A stretch of 60,511 nt of DNA, counting the filler, from a candidate division TA06 bacterium SM23_40 (GTDB lineage Bacteria > LJUI01 > SM1-40), in NCBI GenBank assembly GCA_001303705.1. It is 5 parts of 5 records of this genome, joined end to end, with 100 filler letters (N's around TTAATTAATTAA, not from the genome) between each part and the next. Parts side by side here need not be neighbours in the genome. Positions count along the whole stretch, not along the records: positions 45,027 to 54,248 come from LJUI01000160.1; positions 54,349 to 60,511 come from LJUI01000161.1; 3 more parts are not named here. One strand, given 5' to 3'. A program made the position numbers and the translations under genes. Positions within the stretch are counted from its first letter, which is position 1, and each line of letters opens with the position of its first letter. Of the stretch, positions 51,502 to 60,511 are shown piece by piece. The notes under the pieces are model-generated. The model was not told the origin of the DNA, ran no database searches, and saw nothing but the letters and a program-made list of their open reading frames with translations.

Positions 51502-51641
51502 GAGCGCCTTCTCAGGTCGGAGCAACCCATCTGATACATCGAGACAATCGAGGCATTGGGTATCACGCTTGTTGAGTGCGCACGAGGTGCGCTGCCTCGC
51601 GCGCCCTTGACGTGCAAGTAGTCATGACTACGTGAGGCTGA

Positions 51642-52481
51642 ATGAACCTTTCAATGACAACGGACTACGTCGCGTACCTCGGCGATCCGGGGCCATATTT
51701 GCGGCGGATTGCCGAGACGGGCTTCACCCACGTCCACTGGTGCCATGAGTGGAATACCGACTACCTGTACTCAGATGAGGAGGTCGCACAGGCCAAGGCA
51801 TTGCTCCGGGAACTGGATCTTGACCTTCTGGATCTTCATGCCTCCAACGGAGTCGGAAGAAGTTGGGGATCGTTGCTCGAGGAAGAGCGGTCGGTCGGAG
51901 TGAAACTGATTCGCAATCGGATCGACATGACAGCGAGACTGTCGGGTCGCGCGATCGTCCTGCACCTGCCGCCAAAGCCTCACAGCCCGGTGGAGCTTGA
52001 CAGGTTCTGGGCATCAGTCTGCCGGTCTCTCGATGAACTCGAGCCCCATGCGCTCCGTGCGTCTGTCAGGATCGCCCTGGAGAATATGGAAGACGATAGG
52101 TTCGACGGCATCGAGAGGCTCTTCTCGAGGTACGGCCGTCAGTTTCTTGGTCTGTGCTATGACTCAGGCCACGGCAATATCGGCGGCCGTGGTCTGGATC
52201 ACCTCGAACGGTTCAGTGATCGCCTGGTATCCATTCATCTCCACGACAATGATGGTAGGATAGATCATCACAATCTGCCGTTCACCGGGACAGTCGACTG
52301 GCCCCGACTTGCCCGGCTCATAGCGGATTCGTCCTACGATGGGTGCATGAGCCTTGAGTCGAACATGCGCGGGCAGGATATTGAGGAACGGCTCTATCTC
52401 AGACAGGCCTACGAGGCAGGCTCTGCTGTTGCCCGGTTGATCGAGACAGAGAGACAGAGGCTGTGCTCGCACGCCACATGA
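51642..52481 (+). CDS. Sugar-phosphate isomerase/epimerase (AP endonuclease 2 TIM barrel)
   Basis: IALEN, YDSGH, IHLHDN, DHHNLPFTG, SLE. Confidence 0.88.
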   Translation: MNLSMTTDYVAYLGDPGPYLRRIAETGFTHVHWCHEWNTDYLYSDEEVAQAKALLRELDLDLLDLHASNGVGRSWGSLLEEERSVGVKLIRNRIDMTARLSGRAIVLHLPPKPHSPVELDRFWASVCRSLDELEPHALRASVRIALENMEDDRFDGIERLFSRYGRQFLGLCYDSGHGNIGGRGLDHLERFSDRLVSIHLHDNDGRIDHHNLPFTGTVDWPRLARLIADSSYDGCMSLESNMRGQDIEERLYLRQAYEAGSAVARLIETERQRLCSHAT

Positions 52482-52573
52482 TGTCCGGTTGCAGCGGACC
52501 GACCCCGCCCGTGAGACAGGGGTCAAGAGCTTAAGTCCCCTCAAGTGGGGGCCGTGAACACCCCGTGTGATGC
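52476..52573 (+). mobile_element. Degenerate attC-like site
   Basis: ACATGAT (contains the stop)-5 nt-GTTGCAGCGGAC, imperfect central palindrome, GCCGTGAAC...GTGATGC. Confidence 0.5.
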
Positions 52574-52737
52574 CCGGCCCGGGACCTGGAGACTGTATGA
52601 TCCAGTCTTGGAGCCGTCTCGTGCCGCCTCTCTCATAGCGCAGTGTCTGGCGCCGTAACAGACAGCTCGGCGGAGTTGGCTCCGCCGGGGCCGTCACCAC
52701 GTTGCCCTCAGCCACGGTACAGAGAAAGGAGACTGTG

Positions 52738-53439
52738 ATGCCGAAAATGAAAGATGGCTGTGTCAAACCGGCCAGGGGACCGATTCTCGAAGCCGCCGAG
52801 TCGACTACTCCAACTGGAAAAGCATTGCCACGGGAGGTAGGAAAGATGCAGGCACGTGTTGGTGCGGAGGCGCCGGATTTCGAGGCCAACGCCTTCGTCG
52901 CCGGTGAGGGTTTCAAACCGGTCAGACTCTCGGCGTATAGGGGGAAATGGATCGTGCTATGCTTCTACCCGGGCGACTTCACATTCGTTTGACCGACAGA
53001 ATTGGCAGCGGTCGCTGCCCGCTACGAAGAGCTGAAGTCGATGGGAGTGGAAGTGTTGGCGATGAGCACCGATAGCCGCTTTGTGCACAAGATGTGGCAG
53101 GAGCAAGAGCTATCGAAGATGGTCGAAGGCGGCGTCCCCTTCCCCATGCTTTCGGATGCCGGGGGGAAGATCGGGGCAATTTATGGCATCTATGATGATG
53201 CGGCTGGAGTTGATATTCGTGGACGGTTCATCATCGATCCCGATTTCGTGATTCGAGCTATGGAAGTCCTGACGCCGGAGGTGGGTCGCAACCCGGATGA
53301 ACTAGTTCGTCAAGTCAAAGCATACCAGCATGTGGCGGCAACCGGTGAGGTGACGCCCTCGGGATGGCAGCCCGGAGAAGTGACACTGACACCTGGTCCC
53401 GATCTGGTTGGCAGAGTCTGGGAAATCTGGAAACCATAG
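52738..53439 (+). CDS. prxU: Selenocysteine-containing peroxiredoxin (PrxU-type); UGA at 52990-52992 read as Sec
   Basis: [15 protein letters not shown] in frame at the peroxidatic Cys position; joins ORFs 52702-52992 and 53002-53439; RBS AAAGGAG. Confidence 0.9.
53004..53019 (+). promoter_or_regulatory. Bacterial SECIS-like hairpin
   Basis: GGCAGC-GGTC-GCTGCC; the loop starts with GG after a 17-nt spacer from the UGA. Confidence 0.75.
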
Positions 53440-53697
53440 AGACGATCTCGGGCGATGGTTTGTGGGCAATCCTCTTGTCTTCAGAAAGGCAATCGTCACA
53501 CGAGGAGTTTTGTCTATTGAAGGTCCCCTGAATTATCACTGGGCCTGACGGGTCCTAGGCGCTTCTCCCGTGAGCGGCCGATCAACGCGTGGAGGCCACA
53601 CCACCACCATCGTGACGGCTCAGGGCGCAGAGGCGCCTGGACGGCCGGCCCTCGGCGGCTCAGGACCCGGCTGATGAGGATGTTGGAGGCACGAGGA

Positions 53698-54105
53698 ATG
53701 ATGGAGTATCACGAACTGGACGACGAGGATCGGGATCTGATCCGTGCCGCATCAGATGCGATCGAGCGGAACTACTCGTACCCACGGCACACGGTCGGGG
53801 CTGCCGTGCTCTGCTCATCCGGTGCAGTTTATGTGGGCGTGAACGTCGAATGCTGCGGGTACGGCCCCTGTGCTGAACCGATCGCGATAGGCCGGGCGAT
53901 AACCGAGGGTGAGCGTGAAATCGAGAGGATCGTGGCTGTCGGCGGACCGTCGGAGCCGCACAATGTCCTCTCACCGTGCGGTAACTGCAGACAGCTGGTG
54001 TACGATTACGCGCCAGATTGCTGGGTCATTCTTCCGCAGGCATCTCGGATCGTCAAGATCAGGGCGAGGGATCTACTCCCGGGCGCATACGGCGACTCGG
54101 ACTGA
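53698..54105 (+). CDS. Cytidine deaminase family (blasticidin S deaminase-like)
   Basis: HTVGAA, GPCAE, SPCGNCRQ, DYAPDC. Confidence 0.88.
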   Translation: MMEYHELDDEDRDLIRAASDAIERNYSYPRHTVGAAVLCSSGAVYVGVNVECCGYGPCAEPIAIGRAITEGEREIERIVAVGGPSEPHNVLSPCGNCRQLVYDYAPDCWVILPQASRIVKIRARDLLPGAYGDSD

Positions 54106-54248
54106 GATCACCGACCCCTAGGTGAAGAGAGTCCTGCCCCCTGGTGCCGGCACACTCGTGAAGGGTTCAGCCGTCGTCTTGCTCTCGTGTCAGGCCCGTA
54201 GTGCCGTTCGGGTTAGCTACAGGATCGTTCGCTGCTCAGCCACCTCGC

Positions 54249-54348
54249 NNNNNNNNNNNNNNNNNNNNNNNNNNNNNNNNNNNNNNNNNNNNTTAATTAA
54301 TTAANNNNNNNNNNNNNNNNNNNNNNNNNNNNNNNNNNNNNNNNNNNN
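54249..54348. other. Artificial contig linker
   Basis: N-run with TTAATTAATTAA. Confidence 0.97.
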
Positions 54349-54695
54349 AGGCAGTCTGCTTCGATGGAGAGTTCGCACGCCTGCGAGGGGTGAACGTCGA
54401 TGTCTTTTTTCTGTTGCTGCTCGTGCTGACCGCGCTCACGGTAGTCTTGCTCGTCCGGGTCGTGGGAATCGTCATGGTGATCGCCCTCCTCACAATACCT
54501 GCCGCGGTTGCTGGGTATTTCGCCAGGAAACTATGGCAGACGATGTTGCTCGCGACTCTCTTCTGCATGGCCTTCATCATCGCCGGAATAGGTGTCAGTT
54601 ATGCCTATGACCTGCCCACCGGCCCCACCATCATCCTCATCGCCGGGGCAATGTACCTGCTCCTCGCCGCCGCAAGCCGTCTCTGGACGCGGTAG
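54349..54695 (+). CDS. Metal ABC transporter permease (ZnuB/MntB type), C-terminal fragment
   Basis: FDGEFARLRGV, VVGIVMVIALLTIPA, DLPTGPTII. Confidence 0.88.
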
Positions 54696-54934
54696 CCCCC
54701 TCTCCTTCATATCCGATAACCCGCACCGCCGCGCGTGACCATCAGGGCCGGTACTGAAGCAACGAGGCGAAACCGCTCTTCCCAGCAGTTCCGCCTCCGC
54801 GATCGTTCCGTCCCGACCGACCTCCTACACCTCACTCACCATGCCCTCACCGAGCGGAGCACCGGCAGGCCCGCTCCCCGGGGCGACTGACCCGATCCAC
54901 GCCAGCTCTTCGGGACATGAAGCTCTATCCCTGC

Positions 54935-56077
54935 TCATTCGAGGACATAGATCTTCTTCTCCCTGCACATATCCTTGAGTATCCTCGGCCACACCGTGAC
55001 ACTGCACTCTCCGAGGTGCGCCTTCCTGAGCAGGAGCATGTATGTGCGTGACTGTCCGATACCGCCGCCGATACTGAGCGGGATCTCGTTGTTCAGGATC
55101 GCCCGATGGTAGGGCATCTTGAGAAAGTCGAGCTGCCCGGACAGCTCGAGCTGCTTCTTCAGCGTGTCAGCGTTGACCCGGATACCCATCGACGTGAGTT
55201 CGTGACGACGCCGGGTCACCGGATTCCAGACGAGGATATCCCCATTGAGCCCGTGCATCGGCCTGCCGTCCCTGGACCGTGTCTCCGTTATCCAGTCGTC
55301 GTAGTCTGCCGCCCTCATCTCATGGGGCAGGCCGTCCGCGAGCGGATACCCGACCCCGTAGATAAAGACCGCGGGGTGTTTTTGTAGGATTGCTGTCTCC
55401 CGCATCTTGCGAGGCAGGTCAGGGAACTCGTCGAGGATCTCTTCAGCATGCAGGCATGTGAGCTCCTCAGGAAGATTGGGATACTTGTCCGTCTTCAATG
55501 CCGGGAACTGGTCCTGAACATACGTCTCCGCTCCCTTGAGGACCTTCCAGATCTTCTTCACCACTTCCGTCAGGAAGTCGAGCGTGCGCTGCTCTTTTGT
55601 CATCACCAGCTCCCAGTCCCACTGATCCACGTAGGCGCTGTGATCGTGATCCAGGAAATAATCTTTCCGCACGGCACGCATGTCCGTGTACAGACCTTCA
55701 CCCACCTCCATACCGAACTGCCGCAGGGCCATACGCTTCCACTTCGTCGCCGCCTGCACGACCTGGGCATCGACCGGATTCTTATCGTAGTCGTTCGATA
55801 TGTGGAACTCGATCGGCGTGCGCGAGCCATCACGATCGAGGTAGTCGTTCACTCCGCTCTCGACGTCCACGATGAGAGGGACCTCGACGCGTATAAGATT
55901 GAGTGCCTTGCTCAGATGCTCCTCAATGTAGACCTTGAGCGCAGTGATCGCCCTCTGCGTCTCCTTCGGGTCGAGCAGAGGAGTGTAATCATCCGGCAGG
56001 ATCTTCTCCAGCTCAGCATAATTCCCGATGCCGGGACCGGCAAGGTCCGCCTTCTTGTCTCGTTTTGTCTCTGCCAT
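54935..56077 (-). CDS. asnA: Aspartate--ammonia ligase
   Basis: KWKR, GLYTDMRAVR, HSAYVDQWDWE, RAADYDDW, LNGDI, SMGIRV, SIGGGIGQSR. Confidence 0.95.
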   Translation of the reverse strand: MAETKRDKKADLAGPGIGNYAELEKILPDDYTPLLDPKETQRAITALKVYIEEHLSKALNLIRVEVPLIVDVESGVNDYLDRDGSRTPIEFHISNDYDKNPVDAQVVQAATKWKRMALRQFGMEVGEGLYTDMRAVRKDYFLDHDHSAYVDQWDWELVMTKEQRTLDFLTEVVKKIWKVLKGAETYVQDQFPALKTDKYPNLPEELTCLHAEEILDEFPDLPRKMRETAILQKHPAVFIYGVGYPLADGLPHEMRAADYDDWITETRSRDGRPMHGLNGDILVWNPVTRRRHELTSMGIRVNADTLKKQLELSGQLDFLKMPYHRAILNNEIPLSIGGGIGQSRTYMLLLRKAHLGECSVTVWPRILKDMCREKKIYVLE

Positions 56078-56151
56078 TGTCCTCAATCCTGGTTGGTGTG
56101 GAAATGCTAGGCTCTCCGCATTCGGGTCGCTCGTACCTCGCGGCAGACGTC

Positions 56152-56193
56152 AAAAAAACCCAACCCTCCTTTCGACAGACCACGGGCAGGTTT
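56152..56193 (-). terminator. Possible intrinsic terminator inside the asnA leader
   Basis: AAACCTGCCC...GGGTTGGGTTTTTTT (imperfect stem plus U7) between promoter and start codon. Confidence 0.45.
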
Positions 56194-56258
56194 CGTCTCA
56201 ACAGGCAGATTGCCGCCCACTCTCCGGGGCAGAGCGGCCCCATCACTCTCAGGCGACC

Positions 56259-56287
56259 ATAGTAGTGTGTGGCGGGCCAGGTGTCAA
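56259..56287 (-). promoter_or_regulatory. Sigma70 promoter of asnA
   Basis: TTGACA-17 nt-TACTAT on the minus strand. Confidence 0.7.
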
Positions 56288-56630
56288 GAGAAAAGAGATC
56301 ACCGCGGAGGCCGCCCGCAAACGCACGGCACCCTGACCCCGGGGGATCGCGCGCCGAGGGGCGGTCGGGCGGTACCGGCCGAGGCCCAGAGAGTTCGACA
56401 TGGAAGTTGACAGCATGCCCTGAGCCCAGTATTCTCTATTCCAGCCCAACTGACCTGGCCTCGGGGGACCGGCCGCTCCCCGCCGGGCAACGGGGAGAAG
56501 GCCGCGGCCCGGGATATTGCCCGGTCTTCAACCGTCATACTCGTCACAGAAAGGTCCCTCTGAGGCGGGCACCACAATAGCAGAGCATCTCTGATCAAAG
56601 ACGCCAGACCATGGCAGCCCGGTGACGACG

Positions 56631-59600
56631 ATGCCTGATCCGACTCTCGCACATTACAGAACCCTTGCAGAGTTGGGTCGAGGAGGAATGGCCACGGTCT
56701 ACAAGGCCATCGACCTCGTCGATCAGAGACCAGTAGCCCTCAAAGTCTTACTCCCCCATCTCACAGCTGACGATGTCGTGCGCAGACGATTCCTCAGGGA
56801 AGCGAGGGCAGGGATGGAGCTCGATCACCCCGGAATCGTCAAGGTATACGAGGTCGGAGAGGAAGAAGACCAGTCCTACATCGCCATGGAGCTGGTCGAA
56901 GGAAAGACCCTGGACGTGGTGCTGGAAGAAGAGACGCTCGGCGTACAGAAGGTCATCGATATCGGCCTGAAGGTTGCCGATGCTCTCGCCGCGGCGCACG
57001 AGAAGGGCATCATCCACCGGGACATAAAGCCCCGGAACATCATGGTGAGCGATGAACGCGTGAAGGTGATGGATTTCGGCCTGGTGAAGATCACCGAGGC
57101 TACCTCATTGACCATGAAATACGAGATCATCGGAACGCTGCACTACATGTCCCCTCAGCAGGCGATAGGGGCTGCGATAGATCAACGGAGTGACATCTTC
57201 TCACTGGGAGTGGTCCTGTACCAATTGCTTACCGGTATCCTCCCCTTCGAAGGTGACCATCCGGGCACAATCATCCACTCGATCCTCCACTCCGATCCAC
57301 TCAGAATGGAGGAGCTGAGAGAGGGGATACCGGTTGAGGTGGAACAGGTAGTGTTCAAAGCCCTCCGGAAGAAGCCTCAAGAGCGATATCAAAACGTTGC
57401 CGAACTCAAATCGGATCTGCAGAGGGTCCAAGAGATGTTCCGAGGGGAGCCCGCCCAACTCATCGCCACCGACGAGGTCTTCGAGGAGCAAGTCCGCGGC
57501 ATCTACTCTGCTCTCATCGGAAGAGAGCGCGAGCTAGATATGCTTCAGGACCGCCTGAGGAGAGCGCTGGGCGGTGAAGGGTCAACTGTTCTCGTCAAAG
57601 GCGAGGCCGGGATCGGTAAGTCTCGCCTGGTGTGGGAGCTGGGGCGAGAGGCGAAGAAGGCAAAGTCCCGGTACCTCGTAGGCCAATGCCTGTCTGGCGC
57701 CGAGGGCTCCCCCTACCAGCCCATCCTCCGCGTCATACGGTCCTATCTGGAGCTCAAAGGTGTCAAAGATCCCGACAGGCTTCGTGCGTTCATCGAGGAG
57801 AAAGCCCCCCACCTGGCAGGAAGAATGGGAGTGATCGAGACATTCCTCCTCATGGGAGAAGAGCGCGGACCGTCACTGATCAGCAGAGAGCAGCTTCTCG
57901 ACACCGCCTACGAGCTCGTTAGAGTAATGTCCCGGGACCGGCCGGTCCTGCTTCATCTCGAGGATCTCCACTGGGCTGATCCACCTACTCTGAATCTCCT
58001 CATCTACCTTGCGAGGAACATACGAGGAGAGAGCGTGCTGATCGTCGGAACCTACCGGCCGGAGGAGATGACGCGGCATCTGTCGGTCGCCCTGGACAAA
58101 ATGCGACGAGAGGGACTGTACGAAGAGATCGATCTGGAGAGGCTGGACAAGCAGCAGACTCGCGGGGTGATCGACTCGGTCTTCCCACGATCTGACTTCA
58201 CTGAGACCTTTGTTACCTCCATGTACGGTGATACCGAAGGCAATCCTCTGTTCATTCTCGAAATGCTGAAGCTGCTTCGGAACGAGGGTAGGATCAGTCA
58301 GGAGGACGGAGGTTGGCGGCTGACCTCCGATGTTGTGAGAACCACCATCCCCGAGAAAGTAAGCGACGTGATCATGCATCGGCTGAACGGCCTGACCCAG
58401 GAGGAGAGACACTTCATCGATGTCGCCTCAGTAGAGGGGCGCTCTTTCCAATCTGACACGCTCTGCCACTGCCTGAAATTCCCCCGAATCAGGATACTGC
58501 GCGGCCTGCAGAATCTGGAACAGATCCACCATCTCATCCACGCTAAAGAGAGAGAGTACCAGTTCGACCATGGAAAGATCAGAGACGTGGTCTATAATAG
58601 TATGATCCCTGAGCTGAGGAAGGAATACCATAGGCTCATCGGGGAGCATTTCGTAGAGAGATTCGCCCAGAAGGAGGAATACGCGGGGACGCTCACCTAC
58701 CACCTCCTCGAAGCCGACCAAGAGGAAGAAGCCCTTCCCTATCTCGTCAGAGCGGGAGAATATGCAAAAGGCCTGTTCGCCAACGAGGAGGCGACGGGAT
58801 ACCTCGACCGGGGTGTCGACATCGTAGAGAGACGCCTGCAGCTCCAACCCACGCCGCACCTGCAGCGCACGAAACTCTCCCTGCTCAAGGCCAGGGTCGC
58901 CGTGAAACAGCTCACCGGCTCCTACGATGAGGCTCGAGAAGACTCGGAGAGGATCAGAGAACTCGCTCAACAGATCGGAGACCAGCAGGAGGTGGCGCAC
59001 GCACTCGTTGATATGGGCAACACGTTTAAGAGCAAGGGAAACCTCCAGACAGCCCTGGAGCTGTACGAACTGGCCCTCGGAATCTGGAGAGAGATCGGAG
59101 ATCGAGGGGGCGAAGGAAAGAGTCTCTACTCCATCGGTGTCGTCCACTTCAATCGGGATGAGTACGAACTCTCTCTCAGATACTGCGACGAAGCCATGAA
59201 AATCCAGAGAGAGATCGGAGACCGAGTGGGCGAGGCGTTCACCCTCAGCAATATCGGAACTGTCCACTGCTCCAGAGGCGACTACGAGCAAGGACTCCGG
59301 CACTACGAGGAGACGCTGAGGATTTTCCGCCAGATCGGAGACAAACGAGGCGAGGCCGGCGCACTCAATAACATTGGAGCTGTCCATTACTTCCGCGGCG
59401 ACTATGAGCAGGCCCTCGTGCACTGCGAAAAAGCTCTCGAGCTGCACAGGGCGATCGGAGACAGGGCGAACGAAGCCGGCACTTCAACCAATCTTGGAGC
59501 CGTCCAGTACTTTCGCGGGAACTATGATGAGGCTCTCCGATACTACGATACAGCACTCAGAATACAGCGGCAGATCGGAGACAGGCATGGCGTAGCCGGT

Positions 59601-60511
59601 AGCCTCAACAACATCGGAAAGGTACATCATGACCTCGGTGAGTACGACGGCTCGCTCAGGTACTATCATCAGTCGCTGGAGATCTATAGAGAGATCGGAG
59701 ATAGAGTGGGTGAGGCCGGCACCCTCGGCAACATCGCGAGAGTCCATTATGAGCGCGGCGATCTCGATCCAGCTCTCAGGTACTCCCAACTGTCACTCAA
59801 GATCGAGCGGGAGATCGGGAACAGACTTGGCGAGGCCGATGCGCTGTGCTGCATTGCAGCGATCCATACATGCCGCGCAGACTATCGGGCTGCAGACTAT
59901 CGGGCTGCACTCGGCCATCAGGAGGAAGCCCTGGCTATTCACAAGCAGATCGGCAACAAGGCTGGGGAGTGGGATGCACAACACTTTCTGGCCAGAGTCT
60001 GGTTGGAGATCGGCGGCCAGGACAGGGCGCTGGAGGTGCTTGAGGAGGCTGGACGGACTGCCCAGATAGTCGGGACGAAATCCATGCGCGCCGCGTCCCT
60101 CATCGATGCGGCACTGGTCAAGCACTTCAGAGGGGACAACGAAGAGGCGCGCATCGATATCGAAGAGGGATTGCGCATTCTCCGGGAGCTCGGGATCGTT
60201 GAGGCGATATCAGAGGCCCTTACTCTTGCCGCACAGATAGAGACCGCCCAGAACCATGACCGCCAGGCCATTCAGTACGCCGAGGAACTGCTCGGCCTGG
60301 CAGCGGACAAGGGTAAGCCGCAGTATATCGCCCGGACCCATCTTATTCTCGCCCGAATCCGCCTTGCGCAGGGTGATCTGGATGAGGCGGAATCTCATGC
60401 CGGCCAAGTCCTGGAAATCGCCGAGCCCCGCGGGATGAGAGAGCTTCTGTGGCGGGCACACTTTTGTGTCGCCAGAGTCCTCCTCAGGAGAGCACAACAC
60501 GTACCCGCACG
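56631..60511 (+). CDS. Ser/Thr protein kinase-STAND/AAA ATPase-TPR multidomain protein (3' end off the window)
   Basis: LGRGGMATVY, VALK, HRDIKPRN, DFG, GTLHYMSP; Walker A GEAGIGKS; Walker B LHLEDLHWAD; GNPLF; 40-aa IGDRxGEA TPR repeats; absent from the ORF track because no stop is in the window. Confidence 0.93.
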   Translation, partial: MPDPTLAHYRTLAELGRGGMATVYKAIDLVDQRPVALKVLLPHLTADDVVRRRFLREARAGMELDHPGIVKVYEVGEEEDQSYIAMELVEGKTLDVVLEEETLGVQKVIDIGLKVADALAAAHEKGIIHRDIKPRNIMVSDERVKVMDFGLVKITEATSLTMKYEIIGTLHYMSPQQAIGAAIDQRSDIFSLGVVLYQLLTGILPFEGDHPGTIIHSILHSDPLRMEELREGIPVEVEQVVFKALRKKPQERYQNVAELKSDLQRVQEMFRGEPAQLIATDEVFEEQVRGIYSALIGRERELDMLQDRLRRALGGEGSTVLVKGEAGIGKSRLVWELGREAKKAKSRYLVGQCLSGAEGSPYQPILRVIRSYLELKGVKDPDRLRAFIEEKAPHLAGRMGVIETFLLMGEERGPSLISREQLLDTAYELVRVMSRDRPVLLHLEDLHWADPPTLNLLIYLARNIRGESVLIVGTYRPEEMTRHLSVALDKMRREGLYEEIDLERLDKQQTRGVIDSVFPRSDFTETFVTSMYGDTEGNPLFILEMLKLLRNEGRISQEDGGWRLTSDVVRTTIPEKVSDVIMHRLNGLTQEERHFIDVASVEGRSFQSDTLCHCLKFPRIRILRGLQNLEQIHHLIHAKEREYQFDHGKIRDVVYNSMIPELRKEYHRLIGEHFVERFAQKEEYAGTLTYHLLEADQEEEALPYLVRAGEYAKGLFANEEATGYLDRGVDIVERRLQLQPTPHLQRTKLSLLKARVAVKQLTGSYDEAREDSERIRELAQQIGDQQEVAHALVDMGNTFKSKGNLQTALELYELALGIWREIGDRGGEGKSLYSIGVVHFNRDEYELSLRYCDEAMKIQREIGDRVGEAFTLSNIGTVHCSRGDYEQGLRHYEETLRIFRQIGDKRGEAGALNNIGAVHYFRGDYEQALVHCEKALELHRAIGDRANEAGTSTNLGAVQYFRGNYDEALRYYDTALRIQRQIGDRHGVAGSLNNIGKVHHDLGEYDGSLRYYHQSLEIYREIGDRVGEAGTLGNIARVHYERGDLDPALRYSQLSLKIEREIGNRLGEADALCCIAAIHTCRADYRAADYRAALGHQEEALAIHKQIGNKAGEWDAQHFLARVWLEIGGQDRALEVLEEAGRTAQIVGTKSMRAASLIDAALVKHFRGDNEEARIDIEEGLRILRELGIVEAISEALTLAAQIETAQNHDRQAIQYAEELLGLAADKGKPQYIARTHLILARIRLAQGDLDEAESHAGQVLEIAEPRGMRELLWRAHFCVARVLLRRAQHVPA

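Noticed and set aside
52702-53439. Peroxiredoxin as a nonsense pseudogene or two separate genes
   Set aside because: The stop is TGA at the catalytic Cys position with a SECIS-like hairpin, so Sec recoding explains it better
56189-56206. CTGTTGAGACGAAAC (minus strand) resembling a hammerhead ribozyme core
   Set aside because: Lacks CUGANGA and a stem II; no supporting stems I and III

Overview
GC-rich bacterial sequence from a diderm organism (Omp85/TamB and lipoproteins present), probably a metagenome-assembled genome. It consists of five contigs joined by artificial 100-bp N/TTAATTAATTAA/N linkers (19555-19654, 39148-39247, 44927-45026, 54249-54348). Contig 1: eno (partial), hflX, a thioester alpha-2-macroglobulin with a GspG-like insert, a DUF2520/PanG-like plus DUF89 pair, an ECF sigma/anti-sigma envelope-stress cluster, a beta-barrel-fused SppA, an MBL hydrolase and a radical SAM protein. 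Contig 2: Omp85-tamB-priA, EamA, mocR-ilvE-pdxS-pdxT, a GAF-GAF-GGDEF cyclase, tRNA-Gln(CTG), and an uncharacterised four-gene membrane module (DUF6754-like) directly upstream of an N-acetylhexosamine kinase and murQ. Contigs 3 and 4 overlap by 66 bp when contig 3 is reverse-complemented. Together they form one co-directional run of about 18 small unrelated genes (GNATs including an AAC(6')-I-like enzyme, DinB, cupin, methyltransferase, orphan baseplate domain, selenocysteine peroxiredoxin, Bsr-like deaminase), several followed by decayed attC-like palindromes, which suggests an eroded integron cassette array. Contig 5: a metal ABC permease fragment, asnA with a long terminator-containing leader, and a kinase-STAND ATPase-TPR protein running off the end. 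All family calls come from motif recognition by eye; no database searches were run.
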